Part shown: positions 7,040 through 15,873 of the stretch, in pieces
How positions within the stretch are numbered: position 1 is the first letter of the stretch
Layout: every line of letters starts with the position of its first letter
From: a virus
Length of the DNA stretch: 31,904 nt
IMG/VR virus record: IMGVR_UViG_3300032332_000850
Coordinates: 1 to 31,904 of that record
Reading direction: 5' to 3' (one strand)
Translations under genes and position numbers: made by a program
The notes under the pieces: generated by a model
What the model was told of the DNA's origin: nothing
The model's input: the letters and a program-made list of their open reading frames with translations, nothing else
Databases searched by the model: none

Positions 7040-9492
7040 TCTGCGTACTCCACGCCGGGCAGCAGGCCGCAGCGGCAGTTCGGGTGCCGCGTCGGTCCCT
7101 GACCGGACCATTCGCCGTCGGTGAACATCTCGTCGATGTGGATCGGATTCGGGTAGCGGTTGGCCAACGCACTGCACAAATCGCACTGACCACCGGCGAC
7201 GTCCCATTGCTTCGTTTCGACGCCTGCCTGCTTCCAGCCTTGGCGGTTGCCTTCGTTGAAGGCGTTCGTCAGTTCAGTGCGTGCGATGCGTTCGGCCTGA
7301 TAGTCGGTCAGCGTCGGCACCTCTCGCAGCACCGCGTCGCGAACGTTTGCGATGCTCAGTTGAGCCTCGCCAGCCGCGTCAGGTCGCATCATGCCGGTGA
7401 TCGCGTTGTTGACCGTTTCCTTCAACGTGTCGGGAACCGACTTCGCAAGTTCGAGGCCACGCTGCTGAATGTACTTGATCGCGTCCTCGTTCGCACGCGT
7501 GAACGTGTCAGGGTCCACGCCGACCTTCGCGAGGCCGTCGGCACCGCCCGCCGCGATGGTGTCGCTCAGGAACTTGTCGCACATCTTCTGCAACTGGTTC
7601 GCCTGCTCCGGCGTGAGGTTGTTGACCATCGGCATGCCGTTGGCGCCAAGGTGATCGGCGATCATCGTCGGAACCACTGCCGCGTACCAAGATTGAAGTT
7701 CCGCTTGGAACGATCGGAAGATTGCCGACACCGCCGCCTGCACGCCGGTCGCGTCGTCCCACGCCGTGACCATTGCCTTCCGCGAGAACGTCAGTTTCGA
7801 CTGCACTGGAGCAGCATTGCCACCAGCCACGGCAGGTCCGCCTGCATCTGCTCCAGCGACTGGTGACTGAGGATCGGCTTCGGGTGCCGCCGCTTTCGCC
7901 AGCAGTCGCTCCATAGCACCAGCACCAGACCAGCGTTCACCGCCGCCGCACGCATCGCAGCCGCATCGGTTGCTGACAACGGCTTCCACGGTTCGGGTTC
8001 GCCATGACTTCGGTTCGGCTTGCAATGCATCGTTGTCGGCCTCGGGTTCCACCTCGCCCTTGTCGGCGGCTTCCACGTCGACGCTGCCCTGTTCCTTGGC
8101 GGGCATTTCGCCAGCCTTCGCAGGCGTGCCGAAGATCGGCATCGGTGCCGCCGGTGCCTCGGTCTGCCGGTAACGCGGCAGGTTCATCTCGTCGGGCAAC
8201 GCTTCGAGATCCATGATCGCTCGATACTCGTTCGGCGTGACGAGGCCCTGAGCCTCCGCCGCACGCAGTTCCGCCGCGAGTTGGATCTGGTCGTCCTGGT
8301 TCGGATCGTCGAAGCAGAACCACATCTCGCCGGGATCGACGCCGAAGTGCGGCAGCAGCAGTTCCGTCAGTTCCGCCGCCAGCACCGCGAGTCGAGGAGC
8401 GATCGTGTACCGCATGTACTGAGCGTTCGCCACGCTCGCCGATGCGAGGTTCGCCGAGTTCAGGCGGTAGATCGGTTCAGGGATGCCCGCCGCGTCGTAC
8501 ACGCGTTTCTCGGTGGCGGTCAGGCCTTCGACGTACTGCATCTCGTGAGGCTTCGCCCCGTACTGCTTGAGTTCCGTGTCGCGAAGGAGCAAGACTTTGC
8601 CAGCGTTCGTCACGCCGCGGATCGACTGATTCAGGTGCGCCTGAATCTGCTTCATCTGAGCATCGGTCGTCGCCGGTGCCGCTTGAAACACCATGCCGGG
8701 CTGGCCGCCGTTGAGCCAGCGCTGCGTCTCGCTCTGCAATGCCGCCGCTTCCATGTCGGTCTCAGGCGTGACGCTTTGAAGCCACGACATGCCGCCTGCC
8801 GGATGGATCGGAGATCCGTGCTGACGCAGGTACACCACGTCCTCGGCTGGCACTCGCATCGGGTGCGAGCGGTTGCGACCGTAGAAGTACCCTTCGATGA
8901 GGCCAGTGTCGCTGAGCATCGGCCAAGCGAACTCGCTCGGCAGGATGTACGCACTGACCGGATAGCCGTTCAGGCGTTCGCCGACGTACAGGTAAGCACG
9001 CCCGGCGACCTCCTTGAACCAAAACAACTGCCACAACCAGAGCGGACCGGTATACACCGGATCGGGATTCTGGAGCAGGTCGAGAATCGGATGATCGATG
9101 ACTTCCTCGATGTCATCGCCTGCACGCGATGCGTACATCGCGGCCTTGCCGACGAGGCTCTTGACCTTGCCACGGTTCGTCGCGTGCTTCATCACACGCT
9201 TGTCGGCCACCTTGCGGCCCTTGCCGCTGCCGCTGCCGACCTTTCGGAACAGACGCAGAGTTTGACCGCTCAGCACCGTCGCGTTGATCGACGCCGCTCG
9301 CCACGCCGTGCCGGTGATGCCTCGCGTGACGAGTTCGTAGTCGCGGCCCGTGTTGTTGTTGAAGCGACTCGTGGGCGCTTCGCCCGGAATCAGCGACGCG
9401 GAAACCCACGCTCCGAGCGTCTCTCTCGAGTCGAGTTCGATGCCGGAGTCCTTCGCCTTTGCGGTGGTCTTTCGCTTCGCCATGTTGGTCAT
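7036..9492 (-). CDS. Portal protein fused to a Mu F / SPP1 gp7-like head morphogenesis domain (818 aa)
   Basis: The N-terminal ~470 aa are portal-like and sit directly after TerL. The C-terminus ...ERIARTELTNAFNEGNRQG...RHPNCRCG is the Phage_Mu_F signature. ATGA overlaps at both ends. Confidence 0.85.
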   Translation of the reverse strand: MTNMAKRKTTAKAKDSGIELDSRETLGAWVSASLIPGEAPTSRFNNNTGRDYELVTRGITGTAWRAASINATVLSGQTLRLFRKVGSGSGKGRKVADKRVMKHATNRGKVKSLVGKAAMYASRAGDDIEEVIDHPILDLLQNPDPVYTGPLWLWQLFWFKEVAGRAYLYVGERLNGYPVSAYILPSEFAWPMLSDTGLIEGYFYGRNRSHPMRVPAEDVVYLRQHGSPIHPAGGMSWLQSVTPETDMEAAALQSETQRWLNGGQPGMVFQAAPATTDAQMKQIQAHLNQSIRGVTNAGKVLLLRDTELKQYGAKPHEMQYVEGLTATEKRVYDAAGIPEPIYRLNSANLASASVANAQYMRYTIAPRLAVLAAELTELLLPHFGVDPGEMWFCFDDPNQDDQIQLAAELRAAEAQGLVTPNEYRAIMDLEALPDEMNLPRYRQTEAPAAPMPIFGTPAKAGEMPAKEQGSVDVEAADKGEVEPEADNDALQAEPKSWRTRTVEAVVSNRCGCDACGGGERWSGAGAMERLLAKAAAPEADPQSPVAGADAGGPAVAGGNAAPVQSKLTFSRKAMVTAWDDATGVQAAVSAIFRSFQAELQSWYAAVVPTMIADHLGANGMPMVNNLTPEQANQLQKMCDKFLSDTIAAGGADGLAKVGVDPDTFTRANEDAIKYIQQRGLELAKSVPDTLKETVNNAITGMMRPDAAGEAQLSIANVRDAVLREVPTLTDYQAERIARTELTNAFNEGNRQGWKQAGVETKQWDVAGGQCDLCSALANRYPNPIHIDEMFTDGEWSGQGPTRHPNCRCGLLPGVEYAE

Positions 9493-10838
9493 GCCCAGGT
9501 GCGTGCCGAGTCGTCGGTTACGAGGTCAGTTATCGGCAGTGTACCCGCTTCGTGCGTGACACCGACCCACGCTCCGTGCGACGAGCGAGGTCCGTCGAAG
9601 TACATGACCGCGTAGCGTGCCGCGTCGAGGCCGTCGTCGAACTGTTTGACGGGCTCTTCCTTGTCGGCCTTGCCGTCTTGACCCTTGGGGTAGACGAACG
9701 AGTCAAACTCGGCAATCGTGCTCGTGGGCTTCTTCGCCGCGTAGAGGTCCTGATCGGTCTCTACCGTGCAGCCTTCGAGCCAGAAGAGCCTTGGTTTGTC
9801 GTCACCTTGGACCGCAAGGCGAGCGTGCATCGCGTCGCGGCCTGATCGCTGGTCCTTGTTGGCGGCGATGGTGTCGATGCCCGCTGATGCGAGCGTTGCA
9901 CGATCTTCCGCGTCGTGGTCGGTGATGGTTGCCGCATAAGTCTCGCCTTTGCTCAGTTGGTTGATTTGCCTCGCGTGATCGGCGACGGTTCGCTTCGAGT
10001 GGTAGACCTCGCGATAACAGTACAGTCTACCGTCGGGATCGACCGCCCACCACGAGCAGACGAACGGATGCACGTAGCCGAAGTCGATCGACCGCACCTT
10101 TGGCCACGACTCCCAACCGATCGGCATGGCCTTGACGACGTGCAGCGTCGCGTCGAACTCGGGGTAGACGAGACCTTCAGCCGCCGCCCATCGACCGTCG
10201 AGTAGGCGTGCCCGACGATGACCTGTCAGCGTGTTCAGCGTGTGCAGGTACTTCGCTCCGGCCTCGGTCCATTCGCCGGTCGCCGCGTTCCAGAGCGTCG
10301 GGTTGTCGCGGTGCCGCGACTCAAATACCTGCATGATGCCGCGATCCGCTCGACGCTTCAACCAGTGCGAAGGTGCCGCAGGGTTGCAGTCCGCGACGAT
10401 CTGATGATACGGACCCTTGCCGTTCCTGAGTCGCGTCGTCAACTTTTCCCAGTCGTCCTCGGTCAGTTCCGTCGCCTCGAACACGGCGATGATGTCATAT
10501 TCCGTGGACATGATGCGGTCGGGGTTGTCAAGGCCGCCGACGACAAGCGTCGAGCCGTTGGCATAGTCGTACGCCGATCGCGTGCGACGTGCCTGGTTCG
10601 TCAGCGTGCAGCCCGCCTGCACCACCTTCGACTCGAACGTGACCAGCACGCTCTCGGTCATCGACGCACGCGTCTTGCGAACGATCAGCCCGCGAGTCTT
10701 CGGATGCTTGATGAGGTAGAGGTGGACCTTCTCCAACACGCCGCGAGACTTGCCGGTTCCAGCAGGACCTGGCACGAGGCACTCGGTCGCCTGAGACTTC
10801 CACAACGCCAGCACGCCGCCGAATGGCGTGTAGTTCAT
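9489..10838 (-). CDS. terL: Terminase large subunit (449 aa)
   Basis: Walker A GPAGTGKS, Walker B-like DIIAVFEATE and a C-terminal nuclease-type region. Start trimmed to MNYTPFGG (ATGA overlap with 10835..11029). Confidence 0.9.
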   Translation of the reverse strand: MNYTPFGGVLALWKSQATECLVPGPAGTGKSRGVLEKVHLYLIKHPKTRGLIVRKTRASMTESVLVTFESKVVQAGCTLTNQARRTRSAYDYANGSTLVVGGLDNPDRIMSTEYDIIAVFEATELTEDDWEKLTTRLRNGKGPYHQIVADCNPAAPSHWLKRRADRGIMQVFESRHRDNPTLWNAATGEWTEAGAKYLHTLNTLTGHRRARLLDGRWAAAEGLVYPEFDATLHVVKAMPIGWESWPKVRSIDFGYVHPFVCSWWAVDPDGRLYCYREVYHSKRTVADHARQINQLSKGETYAATITDHDAEDRATLASAGIDTIAANKDQRSGRDAMHARLAVQGDDKPRLFWLEGCTVETDQDLYAAKKPTSTIAEFDSFVYPKGQDGKADKEEPVKQFDDGLDAARYAVMYFDGPRSSHGAWVGVTHEAGTLPITDLVTDDSARTWA

Positions 10839-11029
10839 CGCTCGTTGGGCCTGATGCAAAGGTCGCACACTCCGACGTAGACGAACACGGCTGGATTCTC
10901 GACCACGCGTCGATACAACCAACCGCTTCGAGTGTCACGAGGATACGTCACGCTGATCGTCTTGTCGCTGACGTCTTCGCGAAGGCCGTCCTTCGGCCCG
11001 CCTTGCATCTCGCAGATCGTCATCGACAT
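10835..11029 (-). CDS. Hypothetical protein (64 aa) between the terminase genes
   Basis: GAGG RBS 6 nt upstream of the ATG. ATGA coupled to terL. Confidence 0.5.
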   Translation of the reverse strand: MSMTICEMQGGPKDGLREDVSDKTISVTYPRDTRSGWLYRRVVENPAVFVYVGVCDLCIRPNER

Positions 11030-11039
11030 TCAGCACCTC

Positions 11040-11387
11040 TCAAACGTCCTCGACCGGTGCGTCCTTGCCGTACATCTGAATCGCCTGCGTCGGCTTGCCG
11101 TCGTCGAGTCGCTGATTCTTGTTCGCCTCGATGACCGCCGCAAGGTTGTCAGCGTCCATTGACCGCAGCACGCCAGCCGCCTTGATTGCGTCGCCGTCGT
11201 CGAGGCTGTCGGTCGCGATCGTGACCAAGCGATCGACGATGCGAGGCCGCACCTTGTCGGGTATCGGCCAGCGTTCACGCAAGGCTCGACGGATCAACTT
11301 CGCGTCCATGCCCGCGTGATGCGGATCGGCGAGGATGCCGGAGTCGTCCCCTGACCCCACGTTCATCGTATCGGAGGTGTCGCTCAT
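11040..11387 (-). CDS. Putative terminase small subunit (115 aa)
   Basis: Called on position upstream of terL and on size only. No motif is firmly recognised. Confidence 0.3.
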   Translation of the reverse strand: MSDTSDTMNVGSGDDSGILADPHHAGMDAKLIRRALRERWPIPDKVRPRIVDRLVTIATDSLDDGDAIKAAGVLRSMDADNLAAVIEANKNQRLDDGKPTQAIQMYGKDAPVEDV

Positions 11388-11671
11388 GGCTTGCTGCCTC
11401 GCTGCATCATCTCGAGCAGGCCTTCGATGCGACCGAGTTTGGCGCTCATCTGCACCAACGCACCTTCGAGCTGCGTCTGCGTCGCTTGCGTCGCGGCCAA
11501 CGCTTTCTCGGCGGTCACCTTCGCGTCACCGGCGGCGGTCTCGGCGTTTCGCAAGGCCGTCCAGCCGTACGTGCAGACGAATGCGAACGAACCGATGATT
11601 CCGATCCATTCATGTGCGGTGAACTTCGCCGTCACCTTGGTCTTCGATTCAATCACCGGCGTGGCGCTCAT
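11384..11671 (-). CDS. Single-pass membrane protein with C-terminal coiled coil (95 aa), i-spanin/holin-like
   Basis: Start trimmed to MSATPV (ATGA overlap). TM segment WIGIIGSFAFVCTYGWTAL followed by an Ala/Gln/Glu-rich heptad-like region. Confidence 0.4.
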   Translation of the reverse strand: MSATPVIESKTKVTAKFTAHEWIGIIGSFAFVCTYGWTALRNAETAAGDAKVTAEKALAATQATQTQLEGALVQMSAKLGRIEGLLEMMQRGSKP

Positions 11672-12357
11672 GTGTTCTGCACCTTGTTGATGAAGTTGAC
11701 GGCCTCGGGTCCTTGCCATTCAGAGAGCGTCTTGCCGTGAGCCTTGAACGCGTTCGCGACCTCCGGCGAGAGATGCTTCAGCACGTCGAGCGAATCGACG
11801 ATGCGAGCGGCGATCGCTTCTTGAGCCTTGCGAGCGTCGGCCTCGGCGGAGGCGGTCTGTTCCGCCGTCGTCGCCTTTGATTTTGAGCGATACGCGGAGA
11901 CAAGGCCAAGAGCGCCGGCGAGAACGCCGCCGATGGAAGCGACTCCAGGTATGCCGCTCTGCTGTGCGACGCTGGCGGCGATGGTCAGCGGAGCGGTCCA
12001 CGCCTGCTGCCGCTCTTCCGCCGCCTTGATGGCCGAGGCGACCGACTCGCGGACCGATGCCGCCTCGGAGCGTGCCGAATCAACGGCACGATCATGTGCC
12101 GCCGCGAGTTCGGCGAGTGATACCTGCGACGATGATTCGACCTTCTGCACCGCGACCTTGAACTCGCGGTCGGCCTGAGCCGCCTTCGCCACGCTTTCGC
12201 GGGCAAGCTGCTCGGTCTCAATGAGCGCCACGGACGCGGGCACCTGCATCGCCGCGTTTCGCGGACTGGGAACGCGAACCTCGCAGCCGCCTATGCAAAC
12301 GACGGCGAGGCTTGATGCCATCGCCGCCGTGACAAGAGAGTGTTGCCCATTCGTCAT
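11668..12357 (-). CDS. Putative lipoprotein with coiled coil and an internal TM helix (229 aa), spanin-like
   Basis: N-terminus MTNGQHSLVTAAMASSLAVVCIGGC has a lipobox-like IGGC. Long Ala/Glu/Ser coiled region, then IPGVASIGGVLAGALGLVSAY followed by RSKSK. Confidence 0.4.
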   Translation of the reverse strand: MTNGQHSLVTAAMASSLAVVCIGGCEVRVPSPRNAAMQVPASVALIETEQLARESVAKAAQADREFKVAVQKVESSSQVSLAELAAAHDRAVDSARSEAASVRESVASAIKAAEERQQAWTAPLTIAASVAQQSGIPGVASIGGVLAGALGLVSAYRSKSKATTAEQTASAEADARKAQEAIAARIVDSLDVLKHLSPEVANAFKAHGKTLSEWQGPEAVNFINKVQNT

Positions 12358-12361
12358 GCGG

Positions 12362-12688
12362 TCAGTGTACCGCCGACCGGTCGGGAAGGTCGAGCAAGTT
12401 AGCGAGGTCGTCGATGCCGCGAGCAACTAGATATATTCCACCAGTCGCACGCCAACGCTCGGCAAACTGAACCTGCGAGGCCTGCATCCGGCCTTTCGGA
12501 GTCTTGACCTCGATCGCAATCGGCCAGCCACGCATGCAGCCGATTAGATCCGCCGTTCCCGCTTGTGCTCCGTGTACGAAGTGGTCGCCGGATCGAATCA
12601 CTCCTGCCTGCACGCGAACGACGAGAGCACCGTGCATCGTCAACCAGGCACGCACGGTCCGCGTGATGGCGTTTTCTGCCTTACCCAC
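12362..12688 (-). CDS. VRR-NUC domain nuclease (108 aa)
   Basis: GTADLIGC...WPIAIEVKTPKGRMQASQVQF matches the VRR-NUC core. GTG start at 12688 preceded by GGAG plus 6 nt; the longer track ORF is Cys/Ser/Arg-rich and overlaps the upstream gene. Confidence 0.7.
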   Translation of the reverse strand: MGKAENAITRTVRAWLTMHGALVVRVQAGVIRSGDHFVHGAQAGTADLIGCMRGWPIAIEVKTPKGRMQASQVQFAERWRATGGIYLVARGIDDLANLLDLPDRSAVH

Positions 12689-12887
12689 GGCGATCTCCGA
12701 AGCAGCGCGACCAGACGACGATGCCGACCAGCAGCATGCCGATGTAGAGGCCGCCGAAGAACATGCCCGTGTTGTCGCTGAACAGCAGAAACATCGCCGT
12801 GCAGAACAGCAGACCGGCGACGAACCACGCGGCACGCAAAGTCATGAGCCGTTCGAGTTCCTTGAGTTCGCGTTCAACTTTGCTCAT
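12681..12887 (-). CDS. Two-TM small membrane protein (68 aa), class II holin-like
   Basis: MSKVERELKELERL, then AAWFVAGLLFCTAMFLLF, SDNTG, MFFGGLYIGMLLVGIVVW and a basic tail. ATGA-coupled start at 12887. Confidence 0.4.
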   Translation of the reverse strand: MSKVERELKELERLMTLRAAWFVAGLLFCTAMFLLFSDNTGMFFGGLYIGMLLVGIVVWSRCFGDRRG

Positions 12888-13201
12888 TGCTTGCCCCTGC
12901 TGACACGCTCCAGGTCCACTCGCATCGTCGAGCCGTTCGCATCGACCACGGCGACCTTCACCGAATCGTGGAACACCTTGATAGCGTACACGCGGAGCAG
13001 CGTGCCGCCTATTTTCCTGCATGGTCCTTGCGTGAAGTACCACGTCACCACCACGCAATCGCCGACGTTTGGAGCGTTCTTCCTTGCGGTTTGCAGGCTG
13101 GTCGTCGATGACGACACCTTGACCTTGTCGCCGGGCTTCAACTTGGGTTGATTCCACCACACGAAGGTGGTGAGGTTGGAGCCGCGGCGAATCTTGGTCA
13201 T
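12884..13201 (-). CDS. Hypothetical protein (105 aa)
   Basis: ATGA-coupled start at 13201 (MTKIRRGSNL...). Codon usage is consistent with neighbouring genes. Confidence 0.5.
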   Translation of the reverse strand: MTKIRRGSNLTTFVWWNQPKLKPGDKVKVSSSTTSLQTARKNAPNVGDCVVVTWYFTQGPCRKIGGTLLRVYAIKVFHDSVKVAVVDANGSTMRVDLERVSRGKQ

Positions 13202-13398
13202 GCGTGTTCGCCTCGTGACTTGAGGTTCAGCCGCCACTTGCGGTCGGGGTTGAACAACGCGTCCGGTGCGGTGATCCCCTCGCCGATTCGACGCAAGGCC
13301 TCTGCCTTCCACGTCTCGCCGTTGTGGAAGATTCGCCGGCGTGCGGCGGTCTCGTTCTCGCGGTAGTACGTCATCACCGCATCGACGAGTTTGGTCAT
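13198..13398 (-). CDS. Hypothetical protein (66 aa)
   Basis: Start chosen at MTKLVDAV (GAGG 8 nt upstream). An alternative ATG lies at 13422. Confidence 0.45.
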   Translation of the reverse strand: MTKLVDAVMTYYRENETAARRRIFHNGETWKAEALRRIGEGITAPDALFNPDRKWRLNLKSRGEHA

Positions 13399-13408
13399 CG
13401 GCGTGACC

Positions 13409-13714
13409 TCACCGGGCTGCATGGTCGACCTCGCTCTCGTCAACGCCGCAGGCGAGGAGCGCCACGCGGCAGATGGCGTGCGGTAGCGCTTCGTCACGTC
13501 GCGCGATTATCTTTGTTTCGTAGCCTTCATTCTTGCGGAACATTGAAACGGCGTGAGTTCCTGAATCGTCGCGAGATTGAATCGACCAGCCCCATCCTCT
13601 CGACTCCATCTCCAGCATCACGCTCATCGCGTCGGCGACGTTGGTCGCAGGCGTGAACATTCGCTGAGGTCGCATCACGCGGGACAGCACGAGTTCGTTC
13701 AAGGTGTCGCTCAT
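13409..13714 (-). CDS. Hypothetical protein (101 aa)
   Basis: Start MSDTLNEL directly follows a junction-element copy (GGAGGAG then CG then ATG). Confidence 0.5.
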   Translation of the reverse strand: MSDTLNELVLSRVMRPQRMFTPATNVADAMSVMLEMESRGWGWSIQSRDDSGTHAVSMFRKNEGYETKIIARRDEALPHAICRVALLACGVDESEVDHAAR

Positions 13715-13716
13715 CG

Positions 13717-13735
13717 CTCCTCCATCGCCTTCGCC
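13717..13735 (-). repeat. Junction element copy 1 (minus strand GGCGAAGGCGATGGAGGAG)
   Basis: Identical 19-mer to 14290..14308 and 14520..14538. Here it lies after the upstream stop (13743), so it is non-coding. Confidence 0.9.
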
Positions 13736-13742
13736 GCGTCGG

Positions 13743-14066
13743 TCACTTGCCGCTCCACTTCGATTCCACGCAGTCGATGTACATAACCACGCTGCCCTTG
13801 TGAGCACGCACGACGCCGCACGGATCGAGCACCGTGTCTTTGGTCGGACCACTCGTAGCGATCTCGCCAAGGCCCTTTGTCGTGCCCCACACGCGAATCA
13901 CGCTCGCGTTGCCGATGGTCACGTCGTCGCCGCTGATGGCCACCATGCCGACGACAACCCAACCGCGTTGCAACACCACGATTTTAAGTCGCTGCTGCGT
14001 GATGTTGTCGCTCTCAACGCCGAGAGCCTTGTTCACTGCCGTTTCGATTGCCTTCTGAATCAACAT
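13743..14066 (-). CDS. Conserved-looking hypothetical protein (107 aa)
   Basis: ORF with globular composition (…LKIVVLQRGWVVVG…NASVIRVWGTTKGLGEIA…). Function unknown. Confidence 0.55.
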   Translation of the reverse strand: MLIQKAIETAVNKALGVESDNITQQRLKIVVLQRGWVVVGMVAISGDDVTIGNASVIRVWGTTKGLGEIATSGPTKDTVLDPCGVVRAHKGSVVMYIDCVESKWSGK

Positions 14067-14095
14067 TCCTCACTCACTTTCTGCGGCTGTGCCGC

Positions 14096-14280
<185 letters not shown>

Positions 14281-14284
<4 letters not shown>

Positions 14285-14514
14285 CGCTTCTCCTCCATCG
14301 CCTTCGCCGGGGTGTTGATCTTCTCGATGATCGCCTCGCGTCCAACATACTTGGGCAACGTGTTTGCCTTCACAATCCCCACGCACCTCTCCCGCTCGGC
14401 CTTCACCAGACGGGCCGCGTAACGATTGATGCGTCGCTCCAACGTGTCTCTTCGCACCTTCCCGAAGTCTCCGGGTGGTGTGAACTCTTTTGCAATGCTC
14501 GCTGCGTCTTTCAT
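14281..14514 (-). CDS. Hypothetical protein (77 aa), C-terminal AKAMEEKR tail
   Basis: ATGA-coupled at both ends. Its 3' end is a junction-element copy. Confidence 0.5.
14290..14308 (-). repeat. Junction element copy 2
   Basis: Minus strand GGCGAAGGCGATGGAGGAG, then AAGCG, then ATGA. Confidence 0.9.
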
Positions 14515-14837
14515 GGCTTCTCCTCCATCGCCTTCGCCCGCGTCAGGGCACCGCTGGCGTCGTCCGTCAGTTGCATCAATCTAGTCCAATCCTCGTCGCC
14601 GAACAGACCTTCTTCGTTCTGCTTGACCCATGAGCGAAGTGCCGTCGCCAGCACGTCGCGGTCGGCCTCGGCCTTGTCAAGCCGCTGCCGCAGTTCGTGT
14701 GCGTTGAGGCACTTCGTCCCCGAGCACGCGGCCATGATCGACGCACGCAGCGATTCGAGATTCGCCTGCGTGATCGCGAGGTCGTGAGCGAGTTGATTCG
14801 CTCTCGCGACTTCGTGCATGTGTGCTTCGTCCATCAT
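14511..14837 (-). CDS. Hypothetical protein (108 aa), C-terminal AKAMEEKP tail
   Basis: Start trimmed to MMDEAH (ATGA overlap with the lysozyme-like gene stop). Confidence 0.5.
   Translation of the reverse strand: MMDEAHMHEVARANQLAHDLAITQANLESLRASIMAACSGTKCLNAHELRQRLDKAEADRDVLATALRSWVKQNEEGLFGDEDWTRLMQLTDDASGALTRAKAMEEKP
14520..14538 (-). repeat. Junction element copy 3
   Basis: Minus strand GGCGAAGGCGATGGAGGAG, then AAGCC, then ATGA. A degenerate copy GCGATGGAGGA lies at 14844..14854. Confidence 0.9.
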
Positions 14838-15220
14838 CGCATTTCCTCCATCGCGTGGCTGATCTTCAACCAGTAGCGCCACGTCGCCGCCTTCTTGTGG
14901 CCGCTTGGCCCTCCATTGTGGATTCGAGCCATCGCCTCGTCGCTCTTGCCGCGACCGTACCGCTTGAGGTACGCCTTCACCACGCGGCGTGCGTACGCCT
15001 CGCTGCGACAATCCTGGTACGTGCCGCCGAGCGACTTGTCGGCCTCGACCGCATCACGCCAGTATTCGCGGTGAATCTGGTACGGGCCGATCGCCTTGCC
15101 GCCGTCGCCGACGAGCGTGCAGTCGCCGCCGCTCTCCACTTGACGGATCGCGTCGAGGAGCCGCTCGGATTGAGCGAACGCGGGGACGGACAGAATCGCG
15201 ATGATGAGCAGGTGTTTCAT
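14834..15220 (-). CDS. Secreted lysozyme-like / lytic transglycosylase-like enzyme (128 aa), probable endolysin
   Basis: Signal peptide MKHLLIIAILSVPAFAQS. Motif AIRQVESGGD...GKAIGPYQI resembles the catalytic Glu-Ser and GxxQ motif of SLT/lysozyme-like folds. Confidence 0.6.
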   Translation of the reverse strand: MKHLLIIAILSVPAFAQSERLLDAIRQVESGGDCTLVGDGGKAIGPYQIHREYWRDAVEADKSLGGTYQDCRSEAYARRVVKAYLKRYGRGKSDEAMARIHNGGPSGHKKAATWRYWLKISHAMEEMR

Positions 15221-15666
15221 TGGTTTCCTCGCAGGATGTGATTCTCGACGACGAGTCGAGTGTTCTCTTGTTGCAGTGCAACGATGATCGCCTTCAGACG
15301 ATCGTTCTCAGCGTCGCGGAAGTCGAGCAGCACGCTCTCGCTCTTGCTCTGCTGCGCGGCCTTCGTGCCGCCGAAGTACGTCGCTTCAGCATTGGCAAAC
15401 TCGTGTTGCTTGAAGTTGTCAGGATTGAGATTGTGCCACACAACCGCTGCAACGTTATCGCAGTTGCCTTGATCCAACTTCCAACATGCGAAGGCAATCA
15501 AGCATTGCGGTGTCACGCGAAATGAGTAATCGACTTCGATTCGTCTGATCCAGTCGCCACATTGCTTGACACTTTTCACGCCAATCAGTTTAAACGCCGC
15601 ATCTTGCGTTCGCTCTGAAGAACTCTTCGCCTTCCACGCCTGCATGTGGCCGTAAGACTTATTCAC
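15217..15666 (-). CDS. Hypothetical protein (149 aa) with C-terminal leucine-zipper-like helix
   Basis: GTG start at 15666 preceded by GGAGG plus 6 nt. The region has lower GC than its neighbours. Confidence 0.5.
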   Translation of the reverse strand: MNKSYGHMQAWKAKSSSERTQDAAFKLIGVKSVKQCGDWIRRIEVDYSFRVTPQCLIAFACWKLDQGNCDNVAAVVWHNLNPDNFKQHEFANAEATYFGGTKAAQQSKSESVLLDFRDAENDRLKAIIVALQQENTRLVVENHILRGNQ

Positions 15667-15865
15667 CGATCACCTCCAGCAGTTGCTCAAGGCTCGCCTC
15701 GTGCATGTAAACTGCCTTGCCGTTCAGGTACTGCACAATCGTCGAAGGTGTCAGATTCGGCACCTTGCGAATGATCGAGAGTTTGCTCTTTTTGCTCGCT
15801 CGCCACGCGTCAATCACGCGTGCCTGGATCGTGCGAGGTGCGGTTCTCGGTGATTTCTTACGCAT
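15659..15865 (-). CDS. Small basic putative HTH DNA-binding protein (68 aa)
   Basis: MRKKSPRTAPRTIQARVIDAWR...LSIIRKVPNLTPSTIVQYLNGK has a helix-turn-helix-like pattern. The RBS is weak. Confidence 0.35.
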   Translation of the reverse strand: MRKKSPRTAPRTIQARVIDAWRASKKSKLSIIRKVPNLTPSTIVQYLNGKAVYMHEASLEQLLEVIGE

Positions 15866-15873
15866 GTCAGATG

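Noticed and set aside
6344-7207. Long N-terminal extensions in the ORF track: this ORF, plus 1597..2328, 9489..10922, 12362..12835, 12681..13160, 15874..16785, 16988..18034, 20316..21224, 21106..22032 and 24233..25390.
   Set aside because: The extensions are Arg/Pro/Ser-rich, overlap the upstream gene by 50-500 nt and lack an RBS. Internal starts with SD sequences or ATGA overlaps give products that begin where the recognisable domains begin.
8020-9615. Very long plus-strand ORFs: 531 aa here, plus 4896..5882, 17033..17956, 25625..26443, 3546..4343 and others.
   Set aside because: All lie antisense to well-supported minus-strand genes. They are Arg/His/Val-rich low-complexity translations typical of shadow ORFs in GC-rich DNA. 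They lack SD sequences and any recognisable motif.
13736-13750. A programmed -1 frameshift extending the 13743..14066 product into the AAKAMEER frame so that it would end in an ATGA overlap like its neighbours.
   Set aside because: There is no slippery X XXY YYZ heptamer at the required position. It is more simply explained as a junction-element copy that has become non-coding.
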